This document shows, piece by piece, positions 48,796 to 60,100 of a stretch of 64,000 nt of DNA. Both the position numbers and the translations under genes were made by a program. Position 1 is the first letter of the stretch. Each line of letters starts with the position of its first letter. This DNA comes from Dimorphilus gyrociliatus (taxonomy: Eukaryota > Animalia > Annelida). The notes under the pieces are model-generated. The model did not search any database and had not been told where the DNA came from. It worked only from the letters and a program-made list of their open reading frames with translations. The DNA is taken from positions 2,790,001 to 2,854,000 of the forward strand of contig CAJFCJ010000001.1 of NCBI GenBank assembly GCA_904063045.1. The letters are read 5' to 3'.

Positions 48796-50267
48796 ATGGC
48801 TGATTCAGGAAAAGAATCTGAAATATCATTAAAAAGATTACCAGTAAGTAACTTATTCGTTTTCAATTAAACGCGCGTGCAAATAATCTTTTCTACGAGT
48901 AGAGATCTCAGAAAAAGAAATTAGCAAGAGCTAACAAATTACAAAAAATTAAAGAGAAAAGGAAGTCAAAGAAAGATCTAAAGAAATTAAAAGATAAAGC
49001 TATTCCAAATGATACCACGAGAAAATACAGTAAATCAATTTGGAAACAAAGATTAAAAACTGCTCTGGAAGATGAAACTAGCCAGAAAATTTGTATAGAT
49101 TTTAGCGTTTCGAATATGATGGACTCAAAAGTGAATTATATATATTATACAGTTTTATAAACATAACGAAATTTGTCGTTTGATGTACAGGAATGTTGTA
49201 AATTCGCCCATCAATTTAATCGTCTATATGGGGCTAACAAGAAAAGCTCTAGTCCAGTTCATTTACATATTACTGGTGTAGATAAAGAAAGCGAACTATA
49301 TAAGCAATGTTCTGAAAAGAACGAGGGCTTTGAAGACTACTTGGTATAATAGACTAAAGAGTAAAAACTGAGATTATCTTGTTGTTTTTACAGATGACTA
49401 TTAGCGAAAAAAAACACTTTGAATTGTTTGATAAAGAGAAATTAATCTATCTCACTCCTGATTCGGATACTCCTCTAACTGAAATTGATTCGTCGAAAAT
49501 ATACGTCATTAGTGCTCTAGTGGACGAAACTGTTGAAAAAAATGTAACTTTAAATTCAGCAAAGGCGATAGGAATTAATACTGCTAGATTGCCAATTGAA
49601 GAATATATGAAAAGAGCCTATGGAAATTATACTTTTAATCAGGTTCTCACAACAAATCAAGGTTCTTATCAAATTGTTTATATAATATTAGGGGCATCCT
49701 AAAAATTTGTGTCTAATAGCTAAAACAAGAAATTTGCCTAATATACAAACATAAATACTTATTAATGTCTTAGGTATGTCTATTTAGCTTTGTATTCGTC
49801 AGTAAATACCCTTACTGCCCTTTTTCAATTCATCATCATTCTCATGTATTTGACCATAAAGATGGTCCTTTAATTTCCAGAAAAAATAATGGTCTGATGG
49901 ACCAAGGTCTTGGCTTGTAGACTGGATAACACAATTCTGTCCAACTTGATTTTGGAAGGTTTGCAGACTGGTACCTGATTTTATATTGTCATGAAGTAAA
50001 ATCACCTCGCTATAGGCCTAATTCTATTCCTTTCTTCAACTTCTTTTCGAATATCTAGTAGTGAAGAAAATATACGCGTACAGCGTACTATTTACAAATT
50101 ACAGCAAAGCTACGAGAATTTTTAGGATGCCCCTAATAGTATACGTAAGAATAATAAACATCTTTTTTCCAGTTTTTGACATCCTTCTGCAATTCACAGC
50201 TAGTCAAGACTGGCAAAAAGCCCTTCAATTAGGTATTCCAGAGCGGAAGGGTTTCATACCAAAATAA
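48796..50267 (+). CDS. TRMT10B: tRNA m1G9 methyltransferase TRM10 family, TRMT10B-like (5 exons)
   Basis: KICIDFS, QFNRLYGANKKS, LIYLTPDS, KIYVISALVDETVEK, TARLPIEEYM, LTTNQ|VFDILL, WQKALQLGIPERKGF. The B-paralog assignment is less certain than the family. Confidence 0.85.
49688..50136 (-). mobile_element. Internally deleted mariner-type element (449 bp) in the last intron of TRMT10B
   Basis: Perfect 20-bp TIRs TTAGGGGCATCCTAAAAATT (49688-49707) / AATTTTTAGGATGCCCCTAA (50117-50136), TA on both sides. The internal minus-strand remnant ILLHDN...SQDLGPSDHYFFWKLKDHL matches mariner HDN and YSPDLAPSDY motifs. Confidence 0.9.
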
Positions 50268-50346
50268 TTTATTAAGTTTTGTAAATAAATTTTTTTCATC
50301 ATTTTTATTTGTTCGAACAATTAATTGCAACATCATATACGATACT

Positions 50347-50960
50347 TTAAGCATTTAACAACTTAATGCATTGATCTATATGATGAAATAGAAACATATT
50401 CTCCCAATTGGGAGCAAATCCACATTCTGGATTCATTTCTTGAAAGTTTGCAAGGTTATCAAGACACTTTTGGGCTTGAGTCGGAGAATATTTTTGACAT
50501 ATAATAAGAACCCCTATAGGTTTGAATAAAAACACGTTCAATCAGTTTATACTTCTTGACTTATTATAGAATACATACCATGACAAACATCAAGTACTTT
50601 AGTAATTCTTCTAGCTGCCTCTCTTCTCTCTTCCATATTGTCCCATCGGGGGTCTTCAAGTATATAATTAGGAGCAGGGAATGCGACAATATTTCGGAAA
50701 AAATTTCGTATACGTTGAGTCTCTGCTGTTAGCTGAACTCTCTCCAGTTTCCTAATGTTGAAGCATGAATAGTAGTTGTCAATTGGTGATGTAATCTCCT
50801 CACGGATTTTTATCAAACATTTGAGCTTAGAGAACATTGTTGCAAGTCCGATACGATGTTGATTTAATAGTTCATGTGAAATATTGGGTATAATGATATT
50901 TTTGACATTCCTTGAAATATATAAATTTATTTTCTTATTTATCAATTCAATGTTTGACAT
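50347..50960 (-). CDS. Hypothetical two-exon protein (about 185 aa), no recognised family
   Basis: 137-codon ORF; a GT-AG intron of about 60 nt (donor CATG|GTATGT near 50577, acceptor CCTATAG near 50518) joins it in frame to the 50347 ORF. Confidence 0.6.
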
Positions 50961-51100
50961 TGTGATTGCGATTGATATTAAAGTAAAGTGATAATTGTTA
51001 ACAGCAGTTCTGATTTTTTATCTCGAATAAATATTCTATAAACAGGTTAAGACTATATTTTAATATTTATGCTATTTAATTAATTTTTTATTTTAGCAAT

Positions 51101-51995
51101 TTAAATTTCCCAAGGTATTGCGCTTTCTATAAAATTCTGCAAAGAACATGCATAAAGACACTTAATGTTTCGTTTCTCGAATTCGTCTAGTTCTTTAAAC
51201 CGTAGATCGCCTTCTTTCGGGTTGTATGGAGAGCAGAGATGTATAATTTCTAAAAAGAAAAAAGTAATAACAAACATTTAAAGAACAATATTACAGTCTT
51301 TTTCATTTTCTTTTCTAAAAATATATTACCTCTAGATAACTTCAGTAATCTAGAAGCATCTTCAATCATTATTGCCTCAACCGTAGCGGGTAGATTGAAT
51401 TCAAACGACTTTTGCAAGTTATCATCAGGCGGTTTAAAGCGATATAAGAGAGCATTTTCTAAAATGCCCCTTAGTTTTTCTCTTGTCATTTGGTCCTCCA
51501 TACCATTTGTATCTTTCAAAAAGTTATTATAGCTGTTTCTAAACTCCTGAGCCCAATCTTCGCCATAACGTCCAACAAGATCAATTAATTCTAATGTTGA
51601 AAAAATTTACCCCATAGAAAAATAATGAAAAAGCGAATAATTAGGAAATGTTATACTTACTTGAAATATCTTCAGTTATTTTTTGTGTTTCAAAAGCCTG
51701 TAAAGCTTCTTTAGGGGAACTTTTCTCTACAGTTTCATTAGTTTGGGTTTCAGGTAGACAAACTGGGGGTTTATCAGATAAATCATAAAATTGGAAGTCT
51801 AGTTGATCCCTATCAATCCGTTCATTTTCATCATCACGTTTTTGGTCCTTGTTTACCTTAAATCGTTCTGACATTAGTATATATTTTTAATAACTAATAA
51901 AAGCTGTTGATATAAACCTAAATATCTAAAATATTAGCCTTTTAATATGTTTAAAAGGTGGCTACAAATAATTTGCTGATACTTACTTCGTCCAT
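51101..51995 (-). CDS. Hypothetical multi-exon protein, no recognised family (start 51995 or 51874)
   Basis: The ORFs at 51641-51874 and 51250-51519 plus last exon EIIHLCSPYNPKEG...ESAIPWEI* (TAA 51103-51101) are joined by GT-AG introns. Confidence 0.6.
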
Positions 51996-52258
51996 GTTTT
52001 TGTTCTGACTGACTGGTTCCTATTCCGATCACTACAAAAGCACCAGTTTAGTTATTGTTTCTGCTACCAATTTAAAACCGTCCGGAAGTACTTTTAGACC
52101 TAGACATAACCTCTCTACTCGAACAAAAAAAGCTAATCGTGGCTCCAGTTAGTTCGGACTTCGAATTTAACAAATTCTCTTTAAATTGCTCATTATAAAC
52201 GATGGCAGCCGAAATGCTGTAGGATCGCTTAAATCATTTTTGTAAACATGAATAGGAA

Positions 52259-54065
52259 ATGGAATCTATAAACGAATTAATCCCTGGTGAAATAGACGAA
52301 CCTTTCTCAGATATAGTCCCTGAGCATGTAGATCTGCTAGAAAATATAACAAGAAGCCTTAAAAGCGATAACGATCCAATAAAGCTGGTTGATGTTGGAA
52401 AATTATATGAAGATGGTCCCATACAGCTAGAAATCCTCCAACCTGGTATTACATTAAATGAACCAAATAGTAATGAACTGCATCTTCCAAATGGTTTACA
52501 ATTTAATGTTACAAATGCCCCAAATCATATCGAGAATGATGCGCAACAGGATATTGAAATATTCGAAAAGAACGATTGTATTGAGCATTTGAATAATTCC
52601 GAAACCAATAAGAAAATGAATATTGTTTACGAAATTGTTCAACCGGAAGTGACAAACTATAATTATTCGATAAATGATGAAGATTTTCCAACGTTGACGA
52701 TAAAAGAGAGAAAAGAAAGGAAAAGGATGCTTGCTAAAACAAGATCTGGAAGAGTATCGAAACCCCCGAAACATTTGGCTTTAGATTATAAAAGAATTCA
52801 TCTAGTAGACTGGAATGAAGAAGCGGAAGATTCAGACGGCGGTTATTCCGATATTCATTTGTCGGAAAAGGATATAGCAATCCGTAACAATGGTAAGATA
52901 TGTTATATAATTGAAACCAATTTATTTGTATTTAAAGTATTCAGTTGTTTCTTTGTTTAAAAAAGAAGAAAGTTCAACAAAGAAGCAGTACGGATGTTCA
53001 CTCTGTAAAAAGCAGTATATAGGTGTTGCTGGCCTAGCTAGACACTATAAACTCAATCCAACTCATGGTAAATATCAATATTCAGTTCCTTGTGTATTAT
53101 ATCGCTTTTTATACAGCGTGAAAATATATATCAGTATATATATATATATATATATATCTTCTTTTTAGGTAGTCAAAAAGATCTTATCCAACATTATGAT
53201 AAGATTGTGAAAGATGTTAATCGGAGTATCAACGATAAATTATATAATGAATTACCGGATGACGGCGAAGAATTGAAAGCTAAGAAGCGAATGAGAAGAT
53301 TGAAGCATGTAAGTAAATTTATTTTATATATTTATTGTGTCTCTTTTCAATAGTAAATTTATCCTTTTTTAAAAATATAAGGTGATAAAAGACTGCTCGA
53401 ATGAAGAATTGATGGATATAATCTTACCGAAGCTTTGTCCAGCTGTGACGCCATGGGAATATTTACTAATGAGATCAGAATTTGGTTTTCCCCCAAAACC
53501 GGATCCCAGCCAAGTTTACAAGGATGTTAAAAACTTATTAGAACGTGTCAGCTCCTTCTTTCAAGTTAATATTGAACCGTCGACAGAACCTGCTAATCTT
53601 CACAAAAACCCAGGAACCTTTCAAGTAGGGTTTTTTTCCGATCTAAGTAAAACACCTTGTCGATTCGATAGTGACTAAGTAATGCTATAAACATTCCTCT
53701 CTGAGGACTGTCTTCTCTCATGAACTTGCGCAATTTAACATTATTCGTAATTTCAACTAGACATACGTGACGTAAAAACTGTATTATCGCTTTTTCTTAT
53801 GGCAGTTATATTATTTTAGCAATTTATTACACAGATTGAAGACGATTCCCTAGCGTCCGCACTGGACCTTACCCCAGGCTGGTATTGTCTAAAGAGCAAA
53901 GCTCCATCTATCGACAGACTAGACGAAAATGTTTCTGAACCTAACGACCTCAATTTAACGGACCAACAAGACGTGATAAGACGTAAAAACTGTTCGCTAG
54001 ATGAGAACGAATGCAACTTTTTGTCCAGCAATCCGCTAACGCTGTTTGATAAAGACGATAACTAA
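52259..54065 (+). CDS. ZNF839: ZNF839-like single C2H2-type zinc finger protein (5 exons)
   Basis: KTRSGRVSKPPKH..DYK..DSDGGYSD, YGCSLCKKQYIGVAGLARHYKLNPTHG and CSNEELMDIILPKL..VTPWEYLL match ZNF839 motifs as recalled; TAA 54063-54065. Confidence 0.75.
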
Positions 54066-54183
54066 ATATCCTGTCAATCAGGTAAACGATTGTTATGTTT
54101 ATGTGGTTTCAATTTTTTCCATCATATTCCTGTAGCAATATTATTGGACTAGATGTAAGAATAAAAATTAAAATCTTAAATCT

Positions 54184-57100
54184 TTACAATTCCTCAGTCG
54201 GCTCGTCGTCTGATTTTACGACGACGTCGACTAATTCGTTGCACTTTCGCTGAGAGACAGGAGGAACAACTTGCGCTACGAGACTATAGCGATGCGTCGG
54301 GATTAGAGGGCATTGGCCCTGCAGGTCGAGATTAGTGGATTTAGGACGTTGGCCAATCGAGGCTGACGACGTTGGAATGGACGAAGCGGGATTGTGGTGA
54401 TGGCAGTTCCATATTAGAGCAAATACTAGGGCGATAACAGCTATCGTTAGCATAATAACAACTCCAAGAAGAAGCCAAGTTATCCAACTTGACTTAAGTG
54501 AGTCAGGGTTCGTTGTCTTTGGAACTGTAGAAAAAAAAATTAATGAGAAAAGGTACCTATAAAAGTTATATCATCTATTTCAAACAACGAAAAAGCATTT
54601 GCATTAATTGGAATAGCCCATTTATATTTATTTATTTATTTCGGCCCCCTTTTCTCTCTATCTCCCCTACCAACTTTTTCTCTCTTTCTCGAACTCTCTT
54701 TGTCTCTTTATACTCGCCTTTTTCCTCCTTATAAACTACATTCTATTGAAAAATGATTTATTGCAATCAGATAAGTCTACTTTCTCTCTTAAGATTAAAG
54801 TTTACAATTATAAAATGGCTAGATTTTCTTGTGTTTCTTATCAATTTCACGCTTTTCGATTAATAAGAAAATCTAACTAAAAAAACTGAGATGTTTAGTA
54901 ACTCGAAGTGATCTTCGTTGGTTATGTAAGCAAATAGTTCACTAAAATTTCTTTAGAAAATGGAGTAGGTGAATAGGCCTCTGCAAATCAATTTCAATAT
55001 CTGGAATTTATCCTTTAATCCAATCTATGTTCCTTACGTAACTGTAATGTTAATCTATGACTTACTAATGGATTGTTTAATCTTGGAGACCTTAAAAGCC
55101 AATTAATTGGGCTAAACACTGCAATAAAAAGATTTTCGTTTGCTTACTTAAATCCGTGTCTACCGAAGGATTCCGTACTCTCTTCGTAATGGAAGACGAC
55201 ATTTTTTGAGTTACGGAACTGGTTTTGTCAACAGTCGTTTGAATCTCAACGTACGTTGTTGGAAATTTTGTAAACGGCGTCGGACGAGTTGCAATTCGAT
55301 ATGACGCTAAAGGAGTGAAGAAAATAAATAAACAACTTGTGTTCGTTAGGTAAAAAAGTAAACGCACCACAGAAAGGGCAGCATCTGCCTTCTAATAAGA
55401 GAGCCTCTTCGCACTGCAATTCGGGACAAACGTGCACATAGCAGATAATTCGCCCATCAACACAACTGCACGAAGTGCACGCATTTTCTCTCCAGGAATC
55501 CCCATCCTTGTGAGAGAGTCCGCAATCGTGACCGTCCAAACTCGGTCCCTTGACGGTAGATTGACTGTTAGAACACTGCAGGCAGCATTCACCTTCTTTG
55601 CGAGTTGGATGGGTACACGTGAGAGGTGGGCATTCTTTAACATGGCACCAAGCGTAACCTTCTCTACAAGTACAAATTGTACATTCGTCAAGACTCCAAG
55701 TAGAAGAATCATTATCTTTCCTTAAAGTCGCACAGGTGGCTGTTTTGTTGGTATTGAGCAATGGTTTATCTACAAAGAGAAATAAGGGGTCAGCAGAAAA
55801 ACTAAAAAAAAATAAAAATTTTAAGTGGCTCTCTGTACAGGAATTCGCTATCTCTAAAATTGTTTAAAGGAGTTAATTTTGATAATTAATGATTGATTGA
55901 ACATTAAAATGCTTATGTAATAGTTACTAAACTGATAAATTTTTTTATACAGTTAAGATAACCTCTTTGTGTTTTACTTATTTTTAAGTCTTCTATCTCA
56001 ATCTTTCGTCAATAATACTTCTATATAGATATTTTCGACGCTTTATAATATTTGAAGGATTTTTTTCTCAAGAATGCTGAAGTGAATTATCGTAAGGGAT
56101 CTATATTTATGTTAGACAGTTAGATTCTCCAGATAACGTAAGCAGATACTTGATTCGATAGACCATTCGCCTTTTGCACTCACTGAATATCATAATATCG
56201 CGTCTATTAACGTCTAAGAGTAAGGCACAGATAAAAATATACCGGAAAATAATACAATTTACTTGAAAAAGTATCATAATTTATGATACTATAATAACCA
56301 TTTCGCATTCCTGCGCGTTTGTGGGTGTGACTATATGAGTAAATATTTTCTAGTATTCGCATATTTTTGTTATTTAGGCTTACAGTTAAGGGTATAAACT
56401 CATCTTGATAATATTTTTCTTCGTTTTTGTCTACAAAGAAAAATGATTATAAAAATAAAGTTTTTGAAAGAAAGGTTAAATGACAAGTCGATTGGAAAGG
56501 GTCCTATTAAATAGACATTCTATCAAGGGGAATGTATGAGAGCTATTTTTATGATTTCTTCTATTAGAACTACAGTCATAAATAGTGAATAACCTGGGCA
56601 TTGAGGACAACATTTATCCGCTTTAACGACCGGATGAGCGCATTTCGCTGTAGGACACGTGAGAACGGTGCATAGAAGTCTACCAGACTCGCATAGACAT
56701 TTCTTGCAGCCGTCAACGAACGTTTGCCCGTCTTCTAAGTACAAACCATTTCCCGCACAGACTGATGCAGCAGATGTCACTGTTATTAAATTATGATTGG
56801 AAGTCCTATCTGCTTGCAAATAAGAGAGGCAGGCACACATTTCACAACCCAACAGATCTCTTGCTAAACCATATGGGCAAGCCAACTTTTGGCATCTCGG
56901 TGTCAATTGTTTGCATTTCCTGCATTCACATATTTCGCAGTTAAATTCGTCCTTTTTGAAACCAAACTCGCAGCTTAACGAACAATGGCTAATTGGATTA
57001 CAAAGAAATAACGGTGCACATGCGCATAAATCGCGACCCAAAGAATCCTTATCGTAACCATTGGGGCAGTGCAATGGACAGGGAATTTCTTCCGGTTCTG

Positions 57101-60100
57101 TAAAATCGATTAGATGTCGTTAAGAAAATTGACGAAACTTAGCATAATTCGATTATATAATCGTAAGAGGTCGTCTTTAGCCAAAACATTATTCAAATAT
57201 TATCGATTAAAAACGGTAAAAGATGTATAAGATTACGACTTTGACGAACAGATTTTCGTATCGGTCGTGAAGCTTTTGCGACGCAATAATTCAATTTGTG
57301 GCTAACAATATTACGATTTTCTCTTGCTATTCGTTTACGATTTATAGTTATGCATATGAATTTATACAAATTTACGACAAAACCGGATATTCGGGCCATA
57401 CTTACTAACTAAGGATTGAGGACATGTCGGACAACATCTATCCGAATGACGTATTGGGTTGAGGCATTCAACTGGGGGGCACTGGAATGTCTTGCACGAC
57501 ACAATACCATCGTTACAAGCACATTTTTCGCAAGAACCCGTCATCCAAGTCTGGAAATTTTTCCAGTATTTGCCATCAACGATGCAACCAGCGCAAATTG
57601 AACAACAACTTTCAGGTTTGTTGTAGTTCCATTTACAATGATCGGTTTGCGGACATTTTTCGGCCTCGCATAATACTTTCCCACTATGGCATTTACAAAT
57701 TTCGCAGCTACGTGGCTTCCTCCAAGTTGTACCATCCTCCCTAGTCTTTTCTCCATCATTACAAGATTTCCAGTGATCTGTGTGGGCGTGAGACAAATGA
57801 TCTCATTTTAAGATATCAAGATAAATCACAAAGATATTGACTGATTGATAAAATATAGCCTGTTATTGTTTAAATAAGTTTAGTAGAGGGAGACGAACAA
57901 CGTCGTGTTCTAAACAGAAAAACGCCCTTTCTCTCAACAAAGTGATTAATTGTAAATCAATTAAGCAAATTCTTCTCTTATGTACATAGTTCGCTTATAA
58001 ATTAAATATCCGCCGCTAAAGCAAATTACCTTCTAATGTTTTTTACAATAATCTATAAATGAGTCCATAAAGAGAGAAATTAGCAAGAAAGCAAATAGAT
58101 AGGACATGGAAAACTTCTACTTTACTATTATTATATGTGTAGCATATTAACATATTATTTAATAACAAAATATTACACCCGGAAAGTAGGCCTTATGGAT
58201 ATTTCCATCTTGTTTTTTACATGGAAACTTCCAAAACATTTTTCTTTATTTGCTTACTTCTCTCTCTCCCTCTCTCTCTCGTTCTCTACCACTCTCGTAT
58301 ATTCTTTCTCTTTCTTTTACATACAAGTAAAGTAAATTGTGTAACAGGAATTATGGGTAAAACTGTCAACTTAAAAAGCAAATTTTTTCCCTGCATCTCT
58401 TTTTAACTTTTTAATCTGACATAAAAACATCACTTTTTTTAAAGCTCACAATGCATTAAATATGTGAAATAATAAATTATGATAGATCCTGTTTGGAGGG
58501 TATAGAACGTAAAATGTTTGCTAGATCTAAAGCAATTTTGTTCTTTTTTATCAAGATCTTTCCAAGTACCTTCTCTCGATGAAAAGTAAAAAATTAGTGA
58601 CTTTTTTGCTGAGTAGCAGAAAAAAGGGAGGAGGGGGAGGGAGTTTTGTGGGTGAGAAAGAAAAAGAAAGAAACGTTTATTTTCTTTTGTCAAAAAGAGT
58701 ATTATAACACATTTTATATACTGCAAAGGTCTAAATTTAGTATCTATATATACGTATCTATAGTTTGTTTGAGTACAAATATATAAGATATATGGATAAA
58801 TAGTATATAAACGGTATATGAGGTTTCTAAGCTTCTTCGAGGTTTTGCATATATCTTATACATCTATACAATATATAAATATAGATATATACTGTTTAGA
58901 TATCTTACTTTCTGTTTATATTTTTTCATAAATTTTTATAATATACAGTAAAAAATAAAGATAGAAGCTGAGTAAGATTTATTCATTGAATACGCGATAT
59001 ACTGTATTCTGTAGATTTATATATACAGCCGCGGTCAAAAATGTTTATACATGAAAAAAAAGAAAATATTTTTTTTAAAAACTCATTTTTCTCTAATTTT
59101 GAGAAATAAAATTATTTTTCTTAAATAGAATGATGTTGTTTAAAGGGTATTTTATGTAATTTCATACAACATTTGTTTTTTTCAGCTTTTAAAAGTACTT
59201 TTTTTTTTTAATTTTAGACAACAAGTGCTTTTTGCAATTAAATTATATAATTTAAAAATGGCCATAAATATCTATAAAAACATGTTTTTTGTCTAAATAG
59301 TTTTTAGAACATTTGAATTTAGAACAAATCTGACTCCTCAGATAATTACTTACATTTCTTTGTCAAAATGAAATATCATTCTCAAATTAGAGAGCTAGCA
59401 AGGGCGAAAAAAGCTGAAATGACCTATAAAGAACTTGAGGCGGACTTAAATATCCCAAAACCTTCACTCCAGTATATCTGTGAGAACAAAAGAGCAGGAA
59501 AACCTGACAAAAGGGGAAGACCATCCAAAGCCAGTGAAAGACTGAAGTCACTAATTAAAAGAGAATGCATAAGATTGCAGGAAAAAAGAGAGTTGGCAAC
59601 TGCTAAAAAAATTAAGGATAACTTAAGCCTGGATCTTTCTGAAAGAACCATTAGAAGGATTCTAAATAAAAATGGAGCAAAGTATCTGCCCATTTTGAAG
59701 GTATGCCCTTTGTCAGCAAGAGCAAAAACCACATGATTAAATATACTGGGTGGATGGATTCAGAGCCAAGTTGAATATAAAAATGTGGTCTTCACAGATG
59801 AGTCCAGGTTTTCGCTGGATGGTCCCGATCATCTGTTAACCTGGCAGCTCAATGACAGGCCAAGGCTCTTTAGAGATAAGCTTCCAGTTGGTGGAGGAGG
59901 AGTGATGGTGTGGGGGTGTATATCCTCAGATGGTGAAGTTTTTATCCAAAGACTTCCCTCCAACATCTCTGGAGAGATTTATGCCGAATTTCTTCAGGGA
60001 ACAGTTTTCCCAATTTTGAGGGAAAAATTTGGAGAAAACTTCACCTTTCAGCAGGATAATGCACCCCCACACACTGCCAGAGTAACAATGGATATCCTGG

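Noticed and set aside
51101-51995. Initial idea that this gene is MRPS31
   Set aside because: It lacks the MRPS31 C-terminal motifs and a mitochondrial presequence, so it is left unassigned.
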